Shown here: positions 1 through 12,097 of the stretch, in pieces
Position numbering within the stretch: the first letter of the stretch is position 1
Layout: each line of letters starts with the position of its first letter
Assembly (NCBI GenBank): GCA_001179505.1
Contig: CDMY01000261.1
Location: forward strand, 80,936 to 144,935
DNA: 64,000 nucleotides
Direction: 5' to 3'
Source: Vitrella brassicaformis CCMP3155
Lineage: Eukaryota; Protista; Chromerida
Program-made: the position numbers and the translations under genes
Notes under the pieces: generated by a model
Seen by the model: the letters and a program-made list of their open reading frames with translations, nothing else
Databases searched by the model: none
Told to the model about the DNA's origin: nothing

Positions 1-84
1 CACCACCCACCGCACACACACACCGTGACATCCATCCACCCATATCTGTGTGTGTGTGTGTGTGTGTGTCCATGCGTCAATCAG

Positions 85-3000
85 ATCACACCTGTGGCTG
101 TGGGCGAGGGCGGCGCTGATGGCGCATCCTTCGCGCCGCGCAAGGACTTCGCCTTTCTCTTCTACGAAGCCAAGTGAGCCGAACAAGCCACAAGGACAGA
201 CCACACCCAGCAGCAGCGCCTCACACACACACACACACCACACCACTCGCAACCGTGGCTGGCTGGCTGTCGTGTGCATCAGCCCCTTCTGGAGCCCGGT
301 TGAGAATGCGTCAGGTCTGCCGAAGGAGAAGATGGTGCCCGCACCGTGCATTCTGCTGCACGGGGGCACTGACACACGCAACACTGTAAGTGATGTGATC
401 ATGGAGGGAGCCGGGAGAGCGAGAGGAGAGAGAGGGGGGAGGGGAGGGGGTCAGGCTGTCCACACGTGCACCTCTATGCTCCACGTGTGTGTGTGTGTGT
501 GTGTGTTGTTAGGTCCTCGGTGACACGTGGATTCTGTCTCTCGTTGGGCCAAACCCTCTCGACGTGAGTGAAGTGACCCCAAAGCGGCCGTATATATGCC
601 TCGCCTCGTGTTACACGCTCCCATGTCCCTCCCTCCCATTTGTGTGCGCAGTTCTACGACAAGTCGATGCTGCACCGGCCGCCGCTGACGCCGCGACAGC
701 CAGAGGCATCCCCCACTGAGGGCATGCCAGAGCCTGTGGTCGGTGAAGACACACAGAGCACAGCACTCACACAGGTGGACGAGCACAATATTGTTTGTGT
801 GTGTGTGTGCCTGTCTGTCTGTCTTTGCAACCAGGACGACAGTCTGATTCAGCGTACGATCGTTGAGGCGCAGATGAGTGGGGGCAAGAGGCCCGTCGAC
901 TACACCGGATTCGACTGCACACCGAGTATGATGAGCCTGTGGGGACCATCTTCATGTCATGTGTGTCGGTCGTTGGTGTGGTGGATCCGATCCGCATGGC
1001 CTGTGTGTGTGTGCGAGTGGCCGGCAGGTTTGTTGTATTCCCTGACGACGATTCAGCGGTGGTTTCTGGGCGCAGTGGCGCACCTTGTGGATAACGCCAT
1101 CACACACCGTAAGCACGCAGACCAGAGACACACCACACCGCGCCACATCCACATGCTCCCATGTCATTCTCTCGTGTGTGCGTGTGTGTGTGTGCGTGTG
1201 TGTGTGTGTGTGTGTGTCCTCCCTCGCTGGTCAGCCCCCGACCCGCATCGTTCTGAGCGGCTGCTCGAGATCCGTATCGAGCACAAGACTATACCCAACT
1301 CAGGCAAAACGTGTGTCAGCGGCCCAGGCCAACACATACACACACAAGACGTATGTGATGTGGTGTGTGGATGATTGTGTGCGCGTGTCTGTCTGTCTGT
1401 CTGTGAGGGTGTTTAGGGCGCTGCTGGTGTCTGACAACGGCTTTGGCATGGAGGAGTCGACTTTCCATCGGTGGGAAGCAGGAATCACCACACTGACATA
1501 CACACACAGACAGACACGCCAGCCACGGCATCTAGATCTGCCCCTATCTATCTATCTATGTATCAGGTTTCTGCACTACTGGGGCGACCCATCGGACACC
1601 CCTGGCAAGAGCCACCAGTACGGCATGGGCTTCAAGATGGCCTTCGCGCGCATCGCCAGGAACTGCCTCGTCGTCACCAAAGCCAAACACACCATGAGTG
1701 AGTCAGGGAGTGAGGGAGAGAGACAGTGAGTGCCTGCACTGCACACACTATGGCACCGCACCCAGCCGACTACATAACGTTCTTGGTGTGTGCAGGTGTC
1801 GGCTTGCTCAGCCTGGAGCTGCTCGAGGAGGCTGGCGTGCGCAGAGGCATCGGCGCACCGGTATGCAGCCATACGAAGCGCGCCCCACAGCACCGTGTGT
1901 CTTGACACACGTGTGTGTGTATGTGTGTGGGTGGGTGGGTGTGGGTGTGCAGACGCTGAGCTGGAACCGCGCCACCCGCAGCCTGACGAGCGGCCGCGAC
2001 GTCCGTCCGCACCAGAACCTGATTCTGCAGTACGGGCCGTGGCAAGACGCTCGACAGATCAGCGAAATGCTCGAGCAAATCCACGATGAAGGNNNNNNNN
2101 NNNNNNNNNNNNNNNNNNNNNNNNNNNNNNNNNNNNNNNNNNNNNNNNNNNNNNNNNNNNNNNNNNNNNNNNNNNNNNNNNNNNNNNNNNNNNNNNNNNN
2201 NNNNNNNNNNNNNNNNNNNNNNNNNNNNNNNNNNNNNNNNNNNNNNNNNNNNNNNNNNNNNNNNNNNNNNNNNNNNNNNNNNNNNNNNNNNNNNNNNNNN
2301 NNNNNNNNNNNNNNNNNNNNNNNNNNNNNNNNNNNNNNNNNNNNNNNNNNNNNNNNNNNNNNNNNNNNNNNNNNNNNNNNNNNNNNNNNNNNGGCGTACT
2401 GGGCGAACGCATCACTCCCTCACTGACTCTTTCACCGTTCAGGCACCATTATGATGTTCTATGACACCCGGCCCTGGACCGACCTCGACCACCTCTACGA
2501 AGCCGACGCCTGCCTCCGCATCCCACACAACGCCAAGACGCACAAGGCTCACACCATGCACCAGACGACACCCACCCCACAACCACCACCACCAGCACCA
2601 GCAGCGGAAGGGAGGGAGCAGAATGGCGACCATGAGGGCAGCAAGGAGCCGCCGTTGAAGCGCGTCAAGGACGATTCGGCGACCATGATGGACGTCGATG
2701 TGGCTGCGAGTGGGGGCGGGGGCGCGCCTGAGGCCACGAGTGTGTTGGACGTGTGTGAGAGGTTCCCCTTCTGGAGTGACGCTCGTGGGTCGCCCGACTA
2801 CTGCATGGCCACCTACCTCTTCTGGCTCTACCTCACGCCGCCCGACCAGACACCCAAAGTGGTCAGTCAGTGTGGGTCGGCAAATGGATGGATGGATGGA
2901 TGGATGGGCGGGTGTGTCTGAATCCTTGTGGTGTTCAGGCGTTGTATGTGCAGGGCACCCGGCTGACCGACCCCCGGGTGGAGCAGCAGCTGCTCAAGGT

Positions 3001-4013
3001 GGAGGACTCAGACATGCCGGATGCCGCACCATCACCCGCCCCTGTCCCTGCCTCTGCACCTACCCCTGCACCGCCGCAAAGCGAAGCCCCACCACCAGCG
3101 CCAGCACAAGGACCAACAGCACCAGCCCCGCCCCCCGCAGCAGCAGCTGCTGCTGCAGAACCAGCCTCCACACCAGCCAGCGAGGCACCGCAGCCGGCTC
3201 CAGCAGCAGCAGCAGCAGCAGCAGGTCCCCCCGACATGGAGGCCTACGTGAATGAGTGGATCCGAGCCGCCAGCACCGACAGCTCCCAGCCCTTCCATCC
3301 ATACGTCACCAAAGGTGGTGGTCTATGCGCCACCATCGTGCAGGACATGCTCTGTCTCATCGCCTTCCTGCCCCCCTCACCCGCACCACTGGCCACAATC
3401 ACCCTCCAACAGCTGGACTCCTTCGTTGCATCGGAGCACCTCAAGGATGCCAGGAGGGAGACAAGAGCCACGTGGAGCGACGAGTCGATCGAGGAGTTCA
3501 AAGGCTGCATCATCCGCTCCAGGCCTGACGAGGTCGAGGGGAAGGAGGAGCAGGGTGCTGCTGATGGCGCAAGCGTCCAAGCAGCAGCAGCCGCATCCGC
3601 AGCAGCAGCAGCGGCGCCACCCTCACCCTCCTCTCCAGCACCAGCCCGCCCCTCTGGTGACACGATGGACATTGACAGGCAGGAGACGACGGACGAGCCT
3701 CTCCCGCCGCCACCACCACAGCAGCACCAGCCACAGCAGCAGCAGCAGCCATCACCACCCCCTCCATCGCTTCCAGCACCGACCGCCGACCAGCCGCCGA
3801 CCACCTTGGTGGACGTGCTGACCCACCGGCTGCACTGTGCAGTGGAGCTCAACTACCTCTTCACGCCCAGCGACCAGGCGGAGGGCGGCTGGGGGATGCT
3901 GGGCTTCATCAACAAGCCGCCCAACCACACAATGAGAGCCACCCAAGACCGGCTGTGTGTGAGTGAGGCAGGTAGGTCATTCGGACAGAAAGACACTGAG
4001 GTGTGGGTGTGCA

Positions 4014-4046
<33 letters not shown>

Positions 4047-5194
4047 ATCTGTCTGTGTGGTAGGCGTGTTGCTGTACCACAAGAAGCGGCTGATCCGTCG
4101 GCTTGAGGGCCCCTTCCCGGCCGACCCCGCACTCCTCTCGCCCAAGCCTCAGCCCGCCGTGTGGCGCAAGGTGGTGGACGGCTCTGAGACGGTGGACCGG
4201 CGCTATGTGCACGTGGGTGTTGACGACCCTGCGGCCATTGACTTTGGGCTGACGGCGGTCATCCGTAAGCAGCTTGGCTGAAGGGGGGGGGGGGAGGGAT
4301 TGATGGCGGGAGAGAGAGGTGTCAAACGGATGGATGGATGTGTGTGTGTGTGTGTGTGTACAGAGGTGCCTGATTGGATGCTGGCTACGGTGACGAAGCA
4401 GGAGTTCATCTACGAGAACAACCTCGTCTGGCGCACCTTCAACCACAAACGTACTACACACACGACGGACGCAAACTGACCTGACCTCAACTGGCAGCCA
4501 GCCAACAGATACACACACACACGCACGATCTTTTGCACCCCCTGTCTCCTTTTCTTTCTTCTTCAGTCCGGAAGCTGCTGCAGAGCTACCTGCGTGTGGC
4601 GGCCGATGAGGACCTCCTGCAGCAGTGGAAGGCCAAACGGTAGACACACACACACACACAGATGGATGGCGTGAGTCTATCCACTTGCTGTGCTGTGGTG
4701 TGGTGCGGTGTGGTGTGTCCATCTGGGTGACGTGCAGGCAAGCCGACTTCGACGCCAGCGGCCCCATCTGCCGCCGGCAGCCGTCCCCACCCTGCAACCG
4801 CAGTCCGCCCTCAGAGGCGCGATATGCCCCGATGCTGATCCATCCGCGGAGGTCACTCTGGCCGGAGAAGAAACGCCCAGCACCAGCCAGCAGCAACAAC
4901 GGCAGCAGCGTCGAGGGCGACAACAATGCGGCCCCTCCCTCCTCAGACAGACCCGCACAGGCGCCATCTGCAGCACCCGCAGCTGCAGCGACAGCAGGGG
5001 AGAGTGCGCCAGGTCCGCATCAGCAGCCACAGCCCGCCCCGCAGGTGGCGAGAGGGGTGTCGATGAGGGAACTGCTCGAGAGGGTGAGGCGGGTCAACGA
5101 TGCGGTGGGGGCGACCAATCCCAATCCCAGTCCAAACCACCCCAATCCCTCGATGACGGTGAGGGAATGGCTGACGAGGATGGAGGAAGAGTGA
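85..5194 (+). CDS. MORC: Kelch-repeat + MORC-family GHKL ATPase/S5 protein (apicomplexan-type MORC), multi-exon, 5'-partial, interrupted by an assembly gap
   Basis: Spliced exons give a Kelch-like LLHGGTDTRNT|VLGDTWILSL, then GHKL motifs WFLGAVAHLVDNA, VSDNGFGME and HQYGMGFKMAFARIARNCLVVTK, then S5-fold motifs YCMATYLFWLYL, GWGMLGF, GVLLYHKKRLIRRLE and VTKQEFIY. Exons are bounded by GT-AG introns; stop at 5192-5194. Confidence 0.85.
2093..2392. other. Assembly gap (300 N) inside the MORC gene
   Basis: Run of n directly visible. Confidence 1.
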
Positions 5195-5774
5195 CGGATG
5201 GCTGACCTGACTCGATCGCCGGGTGGTGGGTGAGGTCAGGTGACGTGTGTGGGTGCCAGTGGGGCGAGGGGAGCCGAGGGGAGCCGACGGTAGTGAATGA
5301 ATGGAATGTATTGGTGGATGCGATGCGATCGGCGCAGCCGGGTCAGTCAGTCCCACGGGTCGATGGGCTGTGTGTACTGTACGACGGACGGACGGTAGGT
5401 GCAATGCAATGGGAGAGAGTGGTTAGTCGGTCGCTACGAATCGATGGGACTTTTGCCTAGTACTCACGTGTGTGTGTTTGGCACAGACAGACAGACAGAC
5501 TGGACGACCGAAGTCATGCTCGCTCACTCGTGTGCTTAAGGATAATTCAGTCAGATTTAATCCCTACGGAGAATCCAATCCTCACAAACAAAGAAACACA
5601 ACACGCCCGTGGCCAGGCCACATAGACACAGAAAGCCGCCTGCCTCAAGTCAATCAAGGAACCAACCACCCAGCAACCAACCACACAGACAGAGACGTGC
5701 AGTGCACACGGACGGCTACACGCATCGGATGCATCGACAGGCATGCCATGCAGAGCGCTGCGCTGCACGTCATC

Positions 5775-7665
5775 TCATGTCATGTCCCCCATATCCCCCA
5801 TACACACGTACTTGAGCTCCTGGTAGTCCTCCATGCCATACGAGGACCCCTGCACACACACACAAACACACAGAGGGGAGAACTGTACTGTGTCCATCCA
5901 TCCCTCCATCCCTCCTGGCTTATGCGGCTCAGCTGCTTACCTCCCGCCCGATCCCCGACTCCTTGATGCCTGTCAGTCAGTCAGGACACGCGCAACGCAC
6001 AGACGCAACGGTTGCAACAGGCAAATGGGTCCATTACAACAGGGCGGGGCAACGTGTGTACCTCCGAAGGGCGCTTCAACCGTCGAGAGTATGCCCGTGT
6101 TGACGGCCACCATCCCGTACTCGAGCCTCTCCGCCACACGCCACACACGAGTCACGTCACGAGTGAAGAAATAACCCGCCAAACCCACCGGTACCTGCAC
6201 ACACACACACACACATACACACACACACACACACATACATACAGAAACACACTGACAGCAGTGTCTGTCTTGTGGAGTTAGTTGGTGGCTGACGTTGTTG
6301 GCCTGTTGGATGACATCTTGCTCGTCCTCGAAGGCAAAGAGAGCAGCCAAGGGGCCGAAGATCTCCTCCTGCTGCAGATCTGCAGGTGCACTCAGATCCC
6401 TGGAGGCACAGACCGAACGACACACTTGATGAGCCAATCAATGGTATGAACGAGTGGAGGGAGATTCACCCACCCACCTGCAGTCGAGCACCGAGGGCTC
6501 GACGAACGTGCCTTTTGCGAGGCGTGGGTCGTCGAGAGTTGGTGGCTGGCGGGAGGAGCCTCCACACAGCACCTTGGCACCTGAGACGTGAGTGACAACA
6601 AGGCAAGGCCGTCTCCCTCCCTCTCTCTCTCTCTCTCTCTGTCTGTGTGTGTATGTGTGTGTGTGTGCGTGTGCTACCCTTGCTGATGGCGTCTTGCCGC
6701 AGCCTGATGACCTTATCCACCCCTTGTTGGTTGATCATCGGCCCCACACTCACGCCCTCATCCAAACCATGACCCATCTGACCCCCACACACACACACCT
6801 CCATAGACGTCTAACCAGGGGGAAGCATCTCCTCCCTCGCACACACAAGGCAGGCAGGCAGGCTGACCTTGAGCTGGTTGACAGCCTCTGTGAGCCGCTG
6901 TGCAAACGGCTCGAAGACCGCTTTGTGGACGAAGAACCTGTTGGCGCAGACGCACGTCTGCCCGCCGCCGCGGAACTTGCACGCCACAGCCGACGCAACT
7001 GCGGTACACACACACCCACCCTCAACAGGGCACTCCATTCCCTTCACCCACACCTGACCTGCATTGTCGAGATCTGCGTCTTCGAACACAATGAAGGGCG
7101 CGTTGCCTGCAGTGCACACCATGCCCCGCCCCACACACAGCACAGTGGCCAGACTGACGTTGACGGATGGATGCGGGCAGCACGGCCACGGCCAGACACA
7201 CCTCACCTCCCAGCTCGAGGGAGATCTTCTTGACGGTGCTGGCAGCCTGCTGCATCAGCAGCTTGCCCACCGCCGTGGAGCCAGTGAAGGATATCTTGCG
7301 CACCTACCCACAGGCAGGACAGGGAACAGACGGACCTAGACGTGACGTGCAGGTGTGTGTGTCCGTTGATGTATCCGATGCCTGTGACGCAGGCACCTAC
7401 CCTACCTTCTGACTGGTGCACAGCTCCTCTCCCACCCTGGGTGTCTGATCATGCCCGCAGGGCACCATGTTGATCACACCACTGGCGTCAACACACACAC
7501 ACACACACACACACACAGGCGCCATGGCATGTGTGTGCAGTGTGCCGTGTGCCTGTGTCCGTACCGTGGTATCCCGGCCTGCTCAGCGAGCTTCGCCAAG
7601 GCCAGCGCTGAGTAGGGCGTCAGCTCGGGTGGCTTGCACACCACAGTGCACCTGCGGTGGAGGAC

Positions 7666-7696
<31 letters not shown>

Positions 7697-8914
7697 GCAT
7701 CCCCCGGGGACTGCAGCAGCTAGGCTGGGTCGCTTACCCTGCAGCAAGAGCTGCTGCCACTTTTCTCGTTATCATGGCAGAGGGAAAGTTCTGACAACAC
7801 ACACAAGAGACAGCATGGCCCACACGAAGGCACTGCACTGGTTGGCCAGTGGGCCGACGTCACCCACCCACCCAAGGAGTGATGATGCCGCACACGCCGA
7901 CAGGATGCTTCAGGACCACGATGCGCCGATCGGCCTGGGGAGCAGGGATCACATGGCCTGAGCGAGACAACAACGAAGCGGTGGATGGACACAGTGGGCG
8001 GCGCAGGTGTGTGTCTCGTTTGTTTGCTGTCTGGGCTGACTGACTGACCGTAGGCCCTTCTCGCCTCCTCTGCAAACCACTCGATGTAGTTGGCGGCGTA
8101 GGTGATCTCACCCCTGCAGGACCCGTAAACAGGTATACACACACACATACACACACACACACACACACGGGTTTCCTTTGCTACGGACGGCAGGGGGGGA
8201 GGCAGCCTTGCTTACACGGCCTCCTTGATGGGTTTGCCGTTCTCGAGTGTCATGAGCCTGGCCAGCTCGTCCTTGCGGCCCATCATTAGCTCATACCACT
8301 TGTAGAGGAGTGCTCCTCGATGCTTAGGAGTGGTATCGCGCCAGTGCTTGAAGGCCGCCTCGGCCGCACTTACGGCGTCGGCTGTGTCCTCCCGGCCCAT
8401 CGATGCCACACTCCCCAACACCTCACCAGTGGCAGGATCTGAATGAAGAACGAATGAAGCAACCAAGCCATGCACACAGGTGTGATCGATCGTCTTCCTA
8501 CCCTTGACGTCGAACGTTTTGCCGCTGCGCGCCGCTCGCCACTCGCCATTGATATACCCCAACTGAATGAACCAGACAGGCAGGCAGGCAGACATGCACT
8601 GTCACGCTTTGCACTGCAGTGGCAGATTTCCACACATATGATCCCACCTGAAGATCTCCAGGCTCAAAAGATGGGCCCGCTGCTTCGTTGGCCATTGTAG
8701 CAACGCCCCGAGCCCCTCCAAGCCGCTGCACGTGCCGCAATGAGTACACAACACGGGGACCACTCGACGCCGTTGTGTACAGGCGGCGGAACGGTTTGAG
8801 AGATGGACGGTGAAAAAACGCTGCGGCGAGTGTGGTGACAAAAGAGAGCGGTGCAGCTGGTGACTTGGCGGGATGAGCGATGGATAGAGAACGGGAAAGG
8901 GTGAGTGCACTCAT
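5775..8914 (-). CDS. ALDH5A1: Succinate-semialdehyde dehydrogenase (ALDH5/GabD family) with probable mitochondrial presequence, multi-exon
   Basis: Exons encode [103 protein letters not shown] (catalytic Cys), [30 protein letters not shown]. The N-terminus is Ser/Arg/Ala-rich and acid-poor. Confidence 0.95.
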
Positions 8915-9168
8915 GGGAACATCCTATTTCCGGCTGATCTCCGTCGAAATCGAATCAGCAGTGTAGATGGGTGGCCGTAGAGCCTTCCAGCAGCTCCCGC
9001 ACGCTCGAAACCTCCCTCACATTTGCGAGCTAAAGGATGTGCGTCTGCGAGCTTAGCGGACACTCTCTCTTCGCTCTGTTCTTCCACGCGGCGACTCTAG
9101 TTCAAGTGTCGCTCTCAAGGCTCTGGATCTTTAAGCTTTTGTAAGGTCAGGGCGTCGCAGCGTCCGTC

Positions 9169-10183
9169 ATGCTGCTGCTGGCGATGAAGGGCACAGCTGC
9201 CGTCCTCTCCTTTGCGTATGTCATGTGCTCTCCTGCAGTCGGCCAGAAGGTGGGTCGCCTTTATGAGGATGCACAGCACTGCAGTGTGTCATCCATCGGT
9301 TGATGTAAGTATCTTCCTATCTTACTGGCGACTTGTTTGTCTGTCTGCAGGTGAGCATTTCCTATCCCCCGGCGCGTGAGCACTCCGCCCGGTTGTTGAG
9401 AGGCGTGCGAGCGCTCCAAGTCAGCCGAGCGGACAACAACCCTTGCAAACCCTATGAGGGGACAGGCTGTGAGTACCCCGAGATCTGCCGCGCCTCCCAA
9501 GAGAATGGAGAGCCCTGGGTTCTGTGGTGCGAAAACCCAGAAGGTTTGCAATGAGTGCACTCACAAAGAAATCAAACCGCCACCAATCTGATGCTCTGTT
9601 GTGCCGTTGCTTGTCGTGTGTGGTCTGCTGGGCTGGCTTGCCCGCAATCAGATGGTACCCGTCGGGAGCCGGAGGGCCAGGCCAACGACGGTGCTCTGGG
9701 CAGCTTCGTCTCGCCCTGCCACCCCTACAGGGACAGCGGATGCGTCTATCCTGAGGTACCTACCGACATACACCCACCCCAACCCAAACACAGGGACTGC
9801 ACTGTCTGTCACACATGTCATGTTGGCAGGTGTGTCAGGCCAGCCAGGGATATCAGGAAGGCTGGAGGGTAGTCTGCGAGAACCCAAGTGAGCCCAAACC
9901 ACCAAAACAATCCCCTGGGTCGGATGCATGCCCATTTGTTGGGTGTGGTGATCGCTTGCAGCCGATGGCACGGTTCGCGACCCGACTGAGCCTGGAGGCG
10001 GTGGTGGTGGTGGCAACACGACAGAAGAAGACCCCGCGTATTCCACGAGTAACCCGTGTGAGCCCTGGGAGGAGTCTGGGTGTTTTGGCGAGGAGATGTG
10101 CATGGCTGAGAAGCACTGGGACAGCAGCCAGAGCTTCGAGTCAGTGCCCTGGGTCATCTGGTGCGAAACCGAGTGTAAGTCAA

Positions 10184-10216
<33 letters not shown>

Positions 10217-10886
10217 TCGACCATCTATCTATTCATGGGTCTGTCTGAATCTCTCTCTGTGTGTGCCAGCTGGCGAGAAGCGCTACATCACGCCCCACAT
10301 TGACCCTCCCAGCTCTCCGGAGGCATCAGTGGCGGTCACGCCACCGATAGATCCTATCGACCCGCAGGAAGCCGACCCTGCCCCCGCCCCTCCAACAGCA
10401 TCAGCGTCAGCAGGATCGTCAGCGACGCCAGACGACGCCCCCGCGACACAGGCAGACCTCCCGGCCATCTCTTCCGGCACCGCAGACGACCCCACCGCCC
10501 TCACTGAGGGCTCTGGGTCGTCTGCGGCGACGTCCGCCCCGCCGGTGACCGACACGGAGGAGGAAGAGGAGCCCGTTGAGGAGGAAGTCAGTGAGTCGAC
10601 CGCCCCGCCGCTGGAGGAAGACCCGGACCTGCTGGGCAAGATCACGTCGGGCTCGGATGAGGGGACCGACACGGAGACCGACACGGAGGCTGGGGAGGGT
10701 GAAAGTGACGGCGAGGGGGAGGGGGAGGCAGCGAGCGATGGAGGCGAGAGTGGCGGCGAGAGCAGCACTGAAGATGGGAGTCAGTCCTCAGAGGCGGAGG
10801 GTGCTGACGGGGCTGTTGCTGGCGCGCCAGGTGCCGGAAGCAGCTCCTACACACCAGCGGGCGGGGGCATCCTGCCTGCACCCTAG
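9169..10886 (+). CDS. Secreted protein: signal peptide, three ~40-50-aa 4-Cys/Trp modules, acidic Ser/Thr/Pro/Glu-rich tail
   Basis: MLLLAMKGTAAVLSFAYVMCSPAVG signal; spliced repeats PCKPYEGTGCEYPEICRAS..WVLWCENP, PCHPYRDSGCVYPEVCQAS..WRVVCENP and PCEPWEESGCFGEEMCMAE..WVIWCETE. The frame is consistent across the introns. Confidence 0.75.
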
Positions 10887-11743
10887 ACAGGCAGGCAGGC
10901 AGACGTGAACTCATACATGAAGGCAGTTCTGTGCGGTTGGCTCGTCGCTGTGTGTGTGTGTGTGTGAGTGTGTGTGTGCATGTGTGTGTGCATGTGTGTG
11001 TGAAGGAGCGATGGATGGGCTGGCTGTTTTGTCAATGCATAGACGGTAGCTGGCAATGCAAGCAAGGCATGTGAATACGTACATGTGACATGTACGTGCG
11101 TGCGTGCATGTCCCTCCTCTCTCCACCCACCCACCCTCCGTGTTTTTCCTTCGTGTGCGGCCCAGCACATACACGAATACACGACAGTGTATGTAATGTG
11201 GTGCCCACACAGAGACGTACGTACGGAATTTTGTTTCATGCATGCATCATGACGGTCTTAAGAGATGGCTGCCATTGGCTGGCTGGTGGCTGGCGGCTGG
11301 GCGTGGGGTTTTAGACGGGTTTGTGTGCGGTGGGTGGGTGGGGCGGTACGTGTATGTGTGTGAATATGGGTGTGGTAGAGTGTTAGTCGTGGGTGGTACG
11401 GTGGTGCGGTACGGTGTGCGGTGTGGTGTTTTATAACATTTTTGTCGACGTGTCGGGTTCGCTAGTCATGCGCACGCTTGCCGGCCGGCGTGATTGTTAG
11501 TGATTGATGAAGCAAGCCGTTTTTGAGGGATTGATCAGATCAGATAGATCTGATCAGCAGCTAGGCGCCTTATTCCACGCATGCCATGCATTTGGTCATT
11601 TTGACTCCCAAACAGACAAACACAGACACGGACAAACCGACGAACTGGCATGCACTTTTTGATGAATTCCCTGCTGATGGGATTGCAGCCTTTAATTGCC
11701 GATTGCTCTGCCACCATACTGCATTAAGAGTGAGGCTGCCAAA

Positions 11744-11778
11744 GGGTTCGGGTGCAGGGTTCGGGTTGGGGGGTTTGG
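11744..11778. promoter_or_regulatory. Telomere-like G-rich motif (GGGTTC/GGGTGCA units), G-quadruplex-compatible, upstream of family copy 1
   Basis: gggttcgggtgcagggttcgggttggggggtttgg. Its reverse complement matches 53409-53425 over 17 nt exactly. Confidence 0.4.
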
Positions 11779-12097
11779 CCGGCTGGCGGCGCGAGGGGAT
11801 TTTCCGCCAGTCGGGCAGCGTTCGTCTCACCTGCGTCTGGTCGTGGCGCAGTGGCCCGCTCCCCGCCGCCGTCGAGTCCGACCTTCAAGTTGACGGCTAG
11901 TTTGTGCTGCACTGAGTCACTCCCTCCCCGTACGTGAGCGAAGCACTGAGTGACACAAGGCAGCCGGCGACGGTGTGCGTGAAGCAACTATCCCGATTGC
12001 AAAGATGCGGCAAACCGTTGGGGGCCTCGGACTGGAGTGACTGTCTCAGCCTCTGTCTGGCTGTACCATTGCAGGTTTGAGCTGAGTTTGAGCGACG

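Noticed and set aside
2059-2454. ORF-track entries running through poly-X
   Set aside because: Artefacts of the 300-nt N gap.
5775-8914. SSADH as a novelty or horizontal transfer
   Set aside because: It is an ordinary intron-rich, mitochondrion-targeted GABA-shunt enzyme with all catalytic motifs.
9091-9112. Hairpin gcgac-tctagttcaagt-gtcgc with a T-loop-like GTTCAA
   Set aside because: No cloverleaf, D-arm or acceptor stem; not a tRNA.
11532-11556. 10-bp inverted repeat tgatcagatc/gatctgatca
   Set aside because: Built from low-complexity GATCA units; a single occurrence with no supporting context.
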